Source: the human T2T-CHM13v2.0 reference genome, Homo sapiens. Taken from it: a stretch of DNA of 64,000 nucleotides. The notes below the pieces were generated by a model, which saw only the letters and a list, made by a program, of their open reading frames with translations, ran no database searches and was not told where the DNA came from. Below are positions 11,396 to 24,360 of this stretch, piece by piece (the first letter of the stretch is position 1; each line of letters starts with the position of its first letter). The stretch lies in the NCBI RefSeq assembly GCF_009914755.1, contig NC_060938.1, one strand, 5' to 3'. The position numbers and the translations under genes are program-made.

Positions 11396-12829
11396 GCACT
11401 CCACCTTTGAGACCTTATACTTTCTGTTCCACATGTCAAAAGTCCATTTAAATGAGTACTTATTTTTGACCATTGCAAAAACTCAGCCAAAATTTAATTA
11501 AAGGTGATTTCTTGGTATCTTTTGGCAGAATTATACTTGGATAATACAATTAATTAGTTTACTTTGAACAATTCTGATAAATAGGAAAATCATATATAAA
11601 CTATAAAATAATACAAATGAGTAACATGAATGACTCCTAGGTGTCTATACTATAAAATTACATTTTCAAACTTGAAGAAGCAGTGGAATTCATAGATTCT
11701 TTCCAAACTTACTCTGCCAAAGGATAGTTGGTGGGGCTTTCAGTTGATATAAACATACACGGACCATGAGGATAATGGTAATGTTGGAAATGCTACACAG
11801 ACAGAGGAGGAAGAAAACTAATGCTATCTCTCTTTCCATAAAAATTGGTTTCAGAGGGTCCCAGGTTTTTCCCAAACAGTCATTGCACTACTGCCTTCAG
11901 TAGTGTCTGTGTTTCTCTGTCCTGTGGTTGCCTCCATCTGGAGTTTAATATGCACTCATCTCTTTTCTATTCCAGGGGGGATATGTAATGAAAAGCTCCA
12001 TATTAGTCATCAGCTGTCAAGATTGATGAATTTCAATTACCATCCTCCGGTAGCAGTTCACACTAGAGAAGGAAATCAGGATAGCACATTGGGATAACAT
12101 ACTCATGACAGATCTATTTTAATTGCCTTCCTTATCCACATTTAACCTCTATCATTTTGACAAGAGAAAGAAACTCACTGAGGGGATAACTTTTCCTTCC
12201 AGTGATCAAGGGGAAGAGGGTGGGCAAATAGCCTGCTAGGAAGAGACTGTGCAACATCCATCAGTATATGGACTGGCATTGATTGCTGGGGTCGCTTTCC
12301 TTCTCCTATGAGGCCTGCCATAGTAACTTTCTGCTATCAAAATACTTTGCATTTAATCAGCTGCCTGGATGGATGTTCCTGCTGATCATCCATAAATTAT
12401 TTATCAATTAAAGGGAGTTGGTACAATTGTTTTGTTGTTTGTTTCATTTTATGAGAGATGAGTTTTCAAGGACCCCAAGCAGAAGTTTCCCTTACTGGGT
12501 TCTCATTCCTTCTACCAATACTGCTCATTTAGCCTTTGGAGCGCAACCTGATGGTTGCATCAGAGGATAGCTGCAGTGATCAGTCACGTAGAGTTGTGCT
12601 ATTTTGCTTTTGCTTCTTTCTTTTTCTTTAATCCCGAGGGATCAAAGTGTTTTTCTTGAAATAAAGAGATTCTTTTTAATGTTGTTAATAAGACATTTAG
12701 AAAAGCACTTGTGACCTTTGGTTTTTCATTTACTCATTTCTCAGTGCATTTTCACTGTGGGTTCTGTTTCTCGAGTATTCTGGTTTCTGTTATAATCTGT
12801 TCAAAATTAGCTCTAGGTATCTTTCTATG

Positions 12830-13090
12830 ACAATAATTAGCTAATATTTATTGGCCCTGACTGTGTTTCAAATGGCAATATTGACCATGCAACATGTTAT
12901 TTATTTTAATCTTCAAATAACCCCTGTGAGGGAGATAATATTATTATTTATATTTTACAGATAAAAAAGAAGCTTGAGGGGGTTAAGTAGCTTACTCAGG
13001 GTTATACAGCTAGAAAGTGGTGCCCAGAATTCATGCCCAGGGAGTCTGACTCCAGAATCTCCATTTGCAACTTCTGTGCTGCACTATTCA
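12830..13090 (-). mobile_element. MIR SINE, near full length
   Basis: 'ttaatcttcaaataacccctgtgag..attttacagat..ggttaagtagcttactcagggttatacagctag..gtctgactccaga'. Confidence 0.85.
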
Positions 13091-14424
13091 TTGGCAGTCC
13101 ATATCTGTATTGTTTCATTTACCATTTTAGTCATTTTTTACAGCCACTGTGAAGAGTAACATCCTCCTGGGGACCTACACATTCTTTAATGCTTTGAAAA
13201 CTAGAAAAAGAAGACAATGTGGTTTCACCCTTCTTGGGAAGAGACAACAAGGGGTAAACTAATTTTCACTAAGAATTAAGAGCCAGGAACAAGGACAATA
13301 GTTAGATTTGAGAAAATTACTCAAGGAGTTGACTAATGCATTGCTAACTTTATGAAAGAGTAAAGTCGTAATGGAGCCAGAGGGACCTAAATGGGACAGA
13401 ATCATTGGATATCTGTGACTCCTCTGTAGTTTTCTCCAGATGTGGAACCATAGCAGAACCCGGATACTTTCTCTTTTATATCCTCTTTTCTCCTCATTTA
13501 GTTCATATTCCATCTGGATCTAGAGGATTATAAGAGCTGTATTCACACAAATGTATAATAAGATAACACATGTCACCCCCTTAATTCTAATTTTTAAAAT
13601 AATGGAGAAAAACCTGTCAGTCAACAATATTGACTGGTTACCTACAATGTATGTAATTTTAAAATGTGCAAAATAATGTGAAAAATACTGTAGCCCTTCT
13701 GAAATATCAGGATGTCAAACAGACGATCCTTTTACTAGGTGGAAGGACTGAGAAACAGAGTGAAGTGTTAGCAAATTTCCAGTTTTGAGGAGGCAGTTAA
13801 GGCAGAAGAAAGAGCTTATAATGCTGTGAATACCAGGCCAAGAATGGCCCAGGAGGAGGCAAATTACAATCAGTTATTAATCATAGTGGAATTGAGAGGC
13901 GTTAAGGAGGTAATTAAAACCTTCCTCTGCATAGAAATTACAACCTTTAAGTTGAAAGAATAGCCTTGGTGGAATTTAATAGAACTCTTCCAAATTATTT
14001 AAAGGATAAATTCTGGTGTTTGATAGAGTGTTCCTTTTTAAATAAAAGCAAATCAAAACTACCCAGGGGTATGTGAATTAACTGTGCTCATTTATAAACT
14101 ATAAAGTGCTGTATATCTAAGACACTGCATAAGACAAGCTGAAGACATATCTATGAATGTATTCAGACTTGGAGTGCCAAGATTCCATATACTTGTTTAG
14201 AAAGTATCCCAAATGAGATGTAATACAATTCAGGAAATCTCAAGTCTCCTTTAGTTTTGCTTGGTGTAACTGAGGAGCCTGTGTAATGCAGGAATGCCTG
14301 TAGAATGATTAATATAGAAGCACAGATTTTAGTTATAAATATAATAGTTATCTCTGTCCCTGGAAGTATGACACATTTATCATGTAGCTCTTCAGTAACT
14401 GACAGTTAGGGCTTGGGGAGGGGC

Positions 14425-14665
14425 TCACATTTATTGAATACATATTATCTATTAGGGAACGTCTGGGCTCTGTATATTACTTTATTGAACTCTCAAAGAG
14501 ATTCTGCTAATAGGCACCATTAGTACTGTTATGGATATAGGGAAACTTAGGCTTAGTAAGTGAAAGTAAAATGGCCAAATATCATAAGGCTGTAACTCCA
14601 GAAGCTGAGTTTATAGCTAAGGTCACAGGTCTTTAAAGTATATACTTTCTGCTACTATATCATGT
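14425..14665 (-). mobile_element. MIR SINE (degenerate)
   Basis: 'acatttattgaatac..ggaaacttaggcttag'. Confidence 0.5.
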
Positions 14666-15794
14666 TATCTTATAGAGTATTATAGGTTCTTCCTGTATAT
14701 GATAGGATTTTAATAAATGTTTGCTGTGTGAACTCTGAAAAATCAGTTCATCTACCTGTACTCAGTGGACCTGAACTTGAGTAGAAGTAAAAGTAAAATA
14801 AAGTGCAATTAAAGACTATACATGACTATCATTAAAATGATAGACATAAACACGTATAAGCAGTAATGTTTACAGAAACTGAATGAACAGTGCTACTATT
14901 GAAGCCAAGTACTCAACAAAGGACAGTTAAAGAAGAGAACAGTTTGCATCATAAAATATGCAATCTTGAATTAAAATGTTTACTCCAAATCTTTTTGGTA
15001 ATCCCTTCAGAAGAACATATTACCAGTTTTCAATATTATGTACTGGAAGGTGCCTAAAAGCCTATTTATCCTACAAGAATTTTACTGCAGCCTTGGAGCA
15101 CATTTTTCTTTCAGTAATGAGGCAAATTAACCATATTTTCAGGTGAATTTTTTTCATAGACTACACAGGCCACCACAAGCTTTTCCCAGTAAAAATGTCC
15201 TCTGGGGAAATGTTTTATCTAGGTCCTCAAGAAAAGTTTAGAACTGGCACCATGTTCTTGGGAATAAATATCTCATTCGAGCAGGGTGTGCTTGACCTTG
15301 AGAAGCAGCTGTAGATTCTGAACACTGAGCCATGTGACTTCCCAGAGGCCACAATCAATCTATTGCTGACTGTGGTGTTGACTCTGTATCATTTTGAGTC
15401 TGGAGGAAAAAAAAGGCAGAAGTAGCTTTTGACTTAGCTGATTTGGTTAGAAGGGCCCCTGAAGACCAGTTTGGATGACAGAGGAGTCAACCTGCAGCCT
15501 CTCTGTTTGAGATGATTTAATTAAGGCGCTTCAGTTGACATCTATATAATGTAATGTGAATTGTGTCAAATTGCAGGGAAGCATGGTACATTCAAATTTT
15601 GCCCCTTATTCTTCATTACCACATGAAAAAGTTTTTATTTATCTCATTTTAGATTGCTCCCAGATCATTTTCCAGGTTATTTTACTTTCTTATTTGCCCC
15701 TTCAAGGTTTTTCGTTTTTTTTTTTTCTGGTTTATTTTCTGATTGCAGATTTTGAAGCAGCTAAAATAAACCAAAATTATAGCACAGAACATAT

Positions 15795-16020
15795 CCAATA
15801 TTTGGTTAATTAATATGTGTAAGATGCTTACAAAGACTTTATATGTATATTATTTCATTTACTCTTGTAAAAATCTTATGAATTAGTTACTGTACCATTC
15901 ACATTATACAGATGAAGACATTGAGTTTTAGAAGCTTGTGTACATTTTTTCAAGGTTATGGACGTGATATAAAGGTGGATTCAAGCTTCAGACTTACCGG
16001 TATTGTTTCAAAATCCATAT
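15795..16020 (-). mobile_element. MIR SINE
   Basis: 'attatttcatttactctt..cattatacagatgaagacattgag..tcaaggtta'. Confidence 0.65.
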
Positions 16021-16779
16021 ACATATCCTAAGACTCTATGCTGTCACCCTTCAGCCTAATTTGAGAAAGCTGTAATCTCAGATGCATTGTCTCTTTTATC
16101 ATGTTTCATTCACATGAGTTCACTCGCTCAACACTCATTTATCAAGAGGATGCTATTTGCTTGTTACCAGGGAGAGACTAATAGAAGACACAACTTCTCT
16201 CTCCCCAAATTTATTTGTAAAAGCTAAAATTTGGTGTGAAATATCAATTCTGATCATCATTAACATCGATTTATTCAACTTTGTATTATTTCATTTACTG
16301 ATTTAAACCACGTCAATATCCCTCCCCTTCTGGTAATACTTAATCCAAAGCATAAAGATCTTTGCTCTTGTCCTCTTAGGTCAGAATTTCACAACAGACT
16401 ACCCAGTTTCCCTGTATCCTTTTTGCCTTCATCTTGATCTCTTCTGTGACGCCTCTGAATTTACTTTTTTGCCTTGATTTTTTTTGGACTGATGCTCAGA
16501 AAATACTTCTATCCTCAGAAGGAAACGCTGTAATTAAATAATTTTTTTTCTCTTGTTTGTCCTTCATACAGAGGTGCCCAACAAGAATAACAAACCAATT
16601 AATGGTTCATAACCTGGTCTTTAAGTTCAAGTGAAACATTTCCATATTTAGAGGAATTTTTAGATTCATTATCTTTTTGGTTCAACATCAAAAACTCAGC
16701 TTTTTTTTGAATACCACATCTCTATTAGAGTAGTTATACTGCTGTGCAAAATAGCTAGACTTGTATATTTCTATTATGT

Positions 16780-16895
16780 CACAGTATTATAAGTTCTTTA
16801 TGGGCAGGAACACTGTCTAATTCATCATGGCCCTCACATCACCTATGTCTAGCACAGGGCCAGTGAGAAGACATTCAATAAAGATGGTTGCTCCA
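16780..16895 (+). mobile_element. L2 3' end
   Basis: 'gggcaggaacactgtctaattcatc..tctagcacagggcc..ttcaataaa'. Confidence 0.7.
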
Positions 16896-16914
16896 AATTC
16901 TTTTCTTAATGATA

Positions 16915-16995
16915 TGTGTATTCACCTATGCATTGAAAACACATTGGCAAGCTAAATCAGACAAGGTCCCTGCCCTCATGGAGTTTATAGTCTTC
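16915..16995 (-). mobile_element. L2 3' fragment, opposite orientation to its neighbour
   Basis: 'agacaaggtccctgccctcatggagtttatagtct'. Confidence 0.7.
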
Positions 16996-19005
16996 AAATT
17001 ATTTTGGACAGGGTAGACAGAAGGAAAGGGAAAAGTAATAAAGGAGAAATTCATATTATAAGAGTAACTGCAGTATGTGAAATAATATTAGCTATCTTAT
17101 ATTTGCTATTCCATTTAATCTTTTATCAATATCCCATAACAAAGGAAGTAAATTAAACTTTCCTTAACATTTGTGTTACTTGATAATATGAAAATAAACA
17201 TAAGTCATTAGCCTTTCTGGAGCATGGTAATTTGCTGCTTGGTACTTCTGGAAGTCCCTTTCATTTAGCAAAGATAGGAGTTAGATTTGCTTTTGCTATT
17301 GCATTTGAGCTCACCATTGCCTATAGTAAGCATATTACTTCCTTTCTTAATATTCTTCTCATTCTTTGGGCATTAATTGGTGATAACTCACTACTCTGTT
17401 ATATGTAATTTAAAAAGTATATATTAATAACCAAATATTTATGAAATGTGTTTTTCCCCTCCAAATTTTAATATGGGGTCCAGCTGGGAGAAATAAGTAG
17501 GCCTTATATAGCTACCAAGATGAGAGTTTGTTTTTTATTTCTTAGGCCACTTTTTTTATTTGGAAGATTATTTCTATTATTTTATTCTCTCTAACTTGTA
17601 TATTATAGAAGTACCAGCTGACAGAGACTGATTTAGGAAGAAAACTGCCCCTAGAAAGCTACATATAAATATTCAGTTGCTCTAAGGGATTGAAATAGCC
17701 TTTTACCTCTTGCCTGAAGTCAAGATCTTCATATCCAGGTTTGAAGCATAGTTGTACACTATGGCTCTAAAAAGTGCTCTCCCTTGCAAATGAGACAGAA
17801 CTTATTTTGAAGAAGGGAATGAAATATGTCAGGTTAACCCAATGGGTAGCAATGAGATTAAATTTGGAAGTTGAAGAGCATCAGACCAGGCCTGATGGAA
17901 AGTATAGTGCCAACTTGTAGTAAAGATCTCTCAGGACTACAGAGACAAGATGACTAGGGTCTGTTTATAGATCAAAGAGATCAACATGGAGGCACAGCAC
18001 TTTGATTACAGAATCTTAACAAGCCAGATATTGATTTGGTTTATAAGCAATCACAAGAGTCTAAACTGTGTTTGAGTAGAGTAGAAGGGAAGAAATAAAT
18101 AAGCTATCTGTTTCACTTAAGAGGGAAGATAAAAGACTGTCTACTTAAGTAGGTGCATTAAAATATAAATCATCAAACATTATTGAAAGAGATAAGGATG
18201 GAAAAAGAAGAATAGTTTTGAAGCCAGCCCTGTCTTCTCCTTGGTGATTATTAGCATTAGATATTAAAGGAATGGCTTAATATAATCAAATACAAGTCCC
18301 TATCTGTGAGTTCTGACCCTTTGGGTCTCTAGTAAGATTAAAATGGCAAAATGTGCACTTAAAGTTTAACAATGTAAAGTTTTGAAAGATTGTTGTGTAT
18401 GATTTAATTTTTTAAAATAATTTTAATTGCCATCAAATTTGAATGATTTTTTCCAATGTAACCAAATAATCACTTTCAAGGGTCTCCAAAGAGTAACAGA
18501 GCTTTTGCAAATAATTTTTAGTTTTTCTTAATGATGACAAATGTTTTCTAAATGCCAATTTGCTAAATTCAAGATGTTAAGCTTGTAAATGCCAAAGATA
18601 GCAGGTTAAATGTGATGTAAAGTAGAATAAGAAAGAACTTAAAACTCACAGGAAAGCAAAACAGGAACAAACATCAACAGTAGAAATAATACAATTTCAC
18701 ATGACTTTATGTTGCCAATAAGTGTAGATATTCCAGATCTGACATTTCAGATTCCTAGAATATCAAAATGATGTCCAAGAGCACTTAAGCATATGGTACA
18801 TTCTATAATGGTCTTTCTTAAGCACCTTTTTGACTTTGGGACAGTTGGGTGGTATTTTTTCATAACTCAAATAGAATTTAAAGAGGGAGTAATTTTTAAG
18901 CTTTTTTGCTCACAGATCCACTTAAACAGCTGATGAAACTTATGGATATTCTTACTATTAAAAGGGTATATATGTACCTGCACACACAGTTTTACACACA
19001 GATTA

Positions 19006-19626
19006 TGGGTTATTATATTTGTCAACCCAGACCCTCCAGCAACAGATGCTGAAATTCAAGAGACTGATGAGGGGTGAGGTCTGTGAACAGCAATAGGGAA
19101 GGAATGGGAGAAGGAGATGACATGATGCAGGTCTGCCCCCAGTGAAGGAGAAAAGGAAGAAAGGAATGTCGGATGGAGCCATCTTGGACTGTGGTACAAT
19201 TCTATGAGGGCTCATCAAGGCTGTGAGAGTCCTTCAGCTGCAGTTACACATAAGAAAAATCCTCATCTTCTAGGGCCAGGTTCCTTATTATCCCTGCCAT
19301 GCTCAGCACTGGTTGGGAGAAGTCTATGGGGTGTGTGGGGTCCATGAGAACATCTTAATAAATGTTGGCTGCATAGTATTCCATGGTGTATATGTACCAC
19401 ATTTTCTTTATCCAGTCTATCAACTGATGGGCATTTGGATTGATTTCATGTGTTTGCTATTGTGAATGGCACACGTTTACCGATGTAACAAACCTGCATG
19501 TCCTGCACTTGTATCTTGGAACTTAAAATTAAATTAAAAAAAATGTTGGAAGGCAGCAACTGAGTTCATAAGTCAATTACACTCCCTGAAGCTGGAGATC
19601 TGAGAGGCACATCCTCATGGCTCCCA
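19006..19626 (-). mobile_element. ERVL solo LTR, LTR16-like, interrupted by a short L1PA
   Basis: Minus strand starts 'tgggagccatgaggatgtgcctctcagatctcc..gggagtgtaattgac', the LTR16-family 5' end. Confidence 0.75.
19369..19537 (+). mobile_element. ~170-bp 5'-inverted L1PA insertion with TSD
   Basis: Antisense 'ctgcatagtattccatggtgtatatgtaccacatt..gctattgtgaat' followed by the sense terminus 'ggcacacgtttaccgatgtaacaaacctgca..aacttaaaa'; TSD AATAAATGTTGG/AAAAAATGTTGG. Confidence 0.9.
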
Positions 19627-19829
19627 TGATGAAAACCTTGGCTTTAAGGAAATGTTAACAGTTATAATGAGTAAAGAGATGGTTCTTTTTTTTTAACAAG
19701 ATAGTTATCAAATCTAAGTGTATGACTTAATCTTCAGGTAATGACTTAAAATGAGTCAGAATCTGTGTATCACTCTAGAAATTAATTCAAGTCCAAATGT
19801 ACTGTGGACTCGTCCAATGATTGATGCTA

Positions 19830-19990
19830 TTTATTTGTTAGTACCTACTCTGGGATAAATATGGTACTGAGCAATTTATATTAATTAATTCAATGTGAGA
19901 TATTATGATATTCAATTTCACAGTTTAGGAAGTTGAGTAACTCACCCATGTATCTAGAAACCCAAATCACTTCTAATGCTTTTATTATCT
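19830..19990 (-). mobile_element. MIR SINE (degenerate)
   Basis: 'tacctactctgg..ggtactgag..tttcacag..ggaagttgag'. Confidence 0.45.
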
Positions 19991-20199
19991 ACTTAGCATA
20001 TGTATTTCTGCATATACATCTGTACAATATCAACAGCTACAAAAAATAACATTGGGATCATGGTGCCTGTAGAGAAGGAAAAACGGACATTGTGCAGGAA
20101 GTTCAGCCTCCTCTTTATGGCAAAGTCATCTTCCCTACTCTATGAGAGGTCATCTCTAGTCCGTTCCATCTTGTTGTCCAGCAGTGTACATGAGGAACA

Positions 20200-20430
20200 A
20201 GAGGGAAAACATAGAACTGAGGTGAGAAATAAAACCTGTCATAATGTTTAAAGAGACTGAGGAAACATAACTGAAGATTTAAAAGTTACCTTCAACATAA
20301 AGTGGAATTATATGAGAAATCCATGTAAATAATGATGGAACAATAAGAAAAGGCTTCTTTTGCAGCAGGAAGATTTAGGTTAATTGGAAGGAAGAGCTCT
20401 TTTTCAAGGTTACTAAACAAGTGAATTATG
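20200..20430 (+). mobile_element. CR1/L3 LINE 3' remnant
   Basis: 'gcagcaggaagatttaggttaattggaaggaagagctcttt' resembles the CR1 ORF2 3' end. Confidence 0.45.
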
Positions 20431-20961
20431 TATAAAATAAATGGGAATAGATAAAAACAGAAAACAAGATAAAAACAGGATATATTATCAAGCCTTCTAT
20501 TTCAGAAGGATGATCCAGGAATCACCCCTTTGTAATTTAGGTACTTTTGAAAAGAACATCCATGTATTTCAGTTGACTTCAAGCATTATTTTTAACTTAA
20601 CATATAATAAGAAATACACTTTACACCACAATACAATATACATGCACACACACAAACATGCATTTATATTTCATAGTGTCCACAGCTTGCTATCTGGAAC
20701 ACATTCTATTTTGTTTATTTTGTTCTATTCATTTCTATAATGTTCTATTCTATCCTATCTTACCCTAGTCTAATGCATTAAAGAATGCTCATCACGGTCA
20801 ACTTAATTGATTTTACTACCTTCTAATGACTCAAAGTTTATACAGTTTATTGAGTCTGTAAGTCTCCAACAGACTACTGATTTAACGACAAGAATAATGG
20901 CATCATTGAGGAAGGAGAAAAGCGATGGGAATAGTTTTGGCACATCCTTATATTGTGTAGT

Positions 20962-21052
20962 TATGGAGTAACTATATAATAGAGTGGAGTAACTATTTTG
21001 GGGTGAGAGGAGTAATGCTCCAATTAGTTCTCTATTGTATAGTTACTCCATA
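20962..21052. repeat. 23-bp inverted repeat (1 mismatch, 45-nt spacer) with nested palindromes
   Basis: 20962-20984 TATGGAGTAACTATATAATAGAG vs 21030-21052 CTCTATTGTATAGTTACTCCATA. Confidence 0.95.
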
Positions 21053-21502
21053 TGGAGTTCTCCATATAGACTTCTCTATTGCATGTTATATATGCAGTAT
21101 CAAATGTTGTGTAGAGAACAGTTTTCAGTGGCCACTGAGTCACTGCTATTCTATTGTGCCTATTCTAGGTATCACTACACAATACAGAGAAATACATGAC
21201 CTTGTATGTAAGGACTGTTGGATACTTCAACACTAAAATAGGAAAGTTACCTTCAAGAGAAAGTGGATTAACTCAGGGATCAACTGAGAGCTAAGTTGTA
21301 GGATGACATGAGGCTAAGCCTCAAGATCTCATAAGTGGTTCTCATTTTTTGAAAGTTGTATCTATCCAGAGGTTAAACACATTGTCATTGGTCACAGTGG
21401 TGCAGTGGAAGAACAAAATTGGTACTGAAATAAAAATATTTATCCTAGTAACCTCAGCTTGTTATTGAGCTCAGTTTGTTTGATAAATAGGTGTTGAGCA
21501 AA

Positions 21503-21951
21503 TGTTGTATACTAGACTCTGCTCATGCTGAGCATCCAAAGACTAAAGGTTGTCCCTAGGCTCTGCATCATCCTGCCTTCTGACTTCTAGTGGGGTTTGG
21601 TCAAAGGGAGACACCAGCAGGTGATTGGAAAGTGGGAAGAGAGAGGTTAAGGCTTTTCTTTCCTTGTCCCTCCTGTTTTTTCTGATGTGTTTTCTGATAA
21701 TGGTTGTTCCCTCCATAACTCCAGTTCTTGTAGTATAGCCCTGTCTTCATTGCTTCAGCTCTCAATGCTATAGTAACACCTTTTGCTCCCCTTGCCTTTG
21801 GGTGCCAGGGATGACTTAATGTTACTAACGTCTATGTCTTTAACTTCCCTTGCTGGTTTTACTAATCCTTCCCAGAACTTTGTAAGCATATTTTTAATTT
21901 TTTTGAGCTATTTAAGTACCATTCTGTGCCTGCTGAGACTTTGACTGTTAT
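21503..21951 (+). mobile_element. ERVL solo LTR, LTR33-like
   Basis: 'tgccttctgacttctagtggggtttggtcaaagggagacaccagcaggtgattgg..gggaagagagag'; end 'cctgctgagactttgactgttata'. Confidence 0.7.
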
Positions 21952-24068
21952 AGGAGACTCCATACATAATATGAGAACAAAAGGAGAAGTATCCCAAAAA
22001 AGAAATTCCACACTGACCTTTTTTAGAAAGATCTCTTCTGTACATGCAGTGATGCTGGGGGCGGGGGTGGCAAGGCTGTTGAGAAAGGTTACTTGAGATA
22101 GGATATTAATAATTTAACACAGGAATAAGAAAGTATCAGATGATGCTATAATAGAATTTACCCTGATATAGTCATTCAAATTTTTACCATTGTCTTTTCC
22201 TTTTTGCATCTTGGCTGAACTATCTTTTAGTTCAACAAAATGTTACCACTTTGGAAATATCCGTGAGCTCATCTCACATTTATTTACTAGTGAAGAATAA
22301 TGAGGTGCTTAAGGGTATAATGTGCTTATAGGCTGAATGCTGGAGTTATGCCTTTGGGGAGTATTTTCTTTTAATATATATTCACTTTCTCAGAGCATAA
22401 TATCCTCACTTAAGGCCCATCCTAATTTCATTAAAAACTGAAAAATGAGGACTCATGCTAATGTTTGTAGTTGATAGACTTTTCTGTAGGTTATTCTACC
22501 TATTTTGTATTTCTTTGGCTGCTGTGACCTTTTTACCTTGATCCATTTGACAGGTTAGCTAATTTAGCATGAAATAGCAAGCAACAGAAAGCTATCTTCT
22601 TGCACATCCAAGAAAGACATGGATATGCTGGAGGAAGCTAGACAAACCTAAATTTTTGACCTTTTTTTAAATGTGTACTCCAGCCCAGTGAGCTTATTAC
22701 AGGAAAGTCTGTTAGCATCCTGCACATGTTGGCAGATGACTGGTACTGAGCACATGCTGACCTTCTAACAGGATCAGAGAAACCCAGTTTGTGTATAACC
22801 CATCCTTGCTACATAGCAAATTATTGTCATTACTTGCATTACACAAAGCTGCTTGATATACATTAAAGAGAACCTTTTGAACTCCGCACTCATTTCTTTT
22901 CTCTTTTCCCATTTTTCTGACTTCTATAGTGAGACTGCCATGTAGTCTTATCATATGTGATCATACTTTGGACAGTTAATGAATATGAATGTTGTTTGTG
23001 CTAACTCTTGCAGCTGTAAAAGGCTAGATATGGAAGCAGTGCCAGCTTTTATCTTAAGAAAAGTTTCAGGAAATAATGCAATGTCGGGTCTGTCAGATTC
23101 AAAGGGGACATCAGGGTCGAGAGAAATGAGTCTTGTATGTAACTTTTTCCTCTTGTTCCCCTAAAAGGAAAAGAAAATGAAAGTTAAGACAGGATTCCCC
23201 TTTCTCTTTTTGCAGATTCAAAAGTATGGTAAAAATTATCAGAAAAATATTTGCAGGCTCAAACAACTGCCCTTATGGTGTATCTAGTGGTTTTGGGTTC
23301 TTAGTCAAACAATGGTTCTTTTTTGTTACACCTTCCTAATGGCTGGTGTTATTTTAGTGTGCAAAGAGTAATGCACACTTTACAATAAACTCGAATCCAT
23401 ATTCCATGATAATTGTATAGAGCCCGAAATTATAGGAGTATATGGCTTTTCAAGTAAGGGCTCAAAGTGACAACAGTTGGAAAGAGCCCTGGGTTACAAT
23501 CTTGACTCGACTGGTAATTTACTTGTTGACTTTGGACCATTCTTTTCACCATACTTTAAGAGATGGGGTTAGACTATGTAATTTTGCAGTTTTAACACTT
23601 TGATTTTGATGTTAAGATTAGCTGTCTAAAGGTGGGACTAACCTTGATTACTAGCAAAGGAACATAGTTAATGGTAAAGTTTACTCATAAATCTCATAGT
23701 ACTTTTCAAGTCAAATTTCAGCCACTTGGTAGAGAAATGTTTAAAATCAATCTGTTGTATGTCATTGAGCTGGAAGGAGGCCAGTCTGAATTTGTAAAAG
23801 ATCCAAGATATGCAGATTTTAAAAGAAAGAGAATGTTACTACTACTGTCTTTCTCAAATAAACTAGGTATAAAAATGTAGCAAGAGTATTTTACCAAATA
23901 GATTGCTACAGGCCTGTTTTTCACTTCAATATACACAGCTAATAGGTAATGCATATCTTCATATTTGTGCAAATGAGTAAAACTCAAATATTTGCAATTT
24001 TACACATTTTTGCACATTTTCTATACTTCAGTCCTCAGAATAATTGTAGGTAACTATTTTAACAGTGA

Positions 24069-24360
<292 letters not shown>

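Noticed and set aside
23197-23234. Strong acceptor (TTTCTCTTTTTGCAG) followed by GT after 8 or 13 nt: possible microexon
   Set aside because: The donors are weak, neither length preserves frame, and no host gene is evident.
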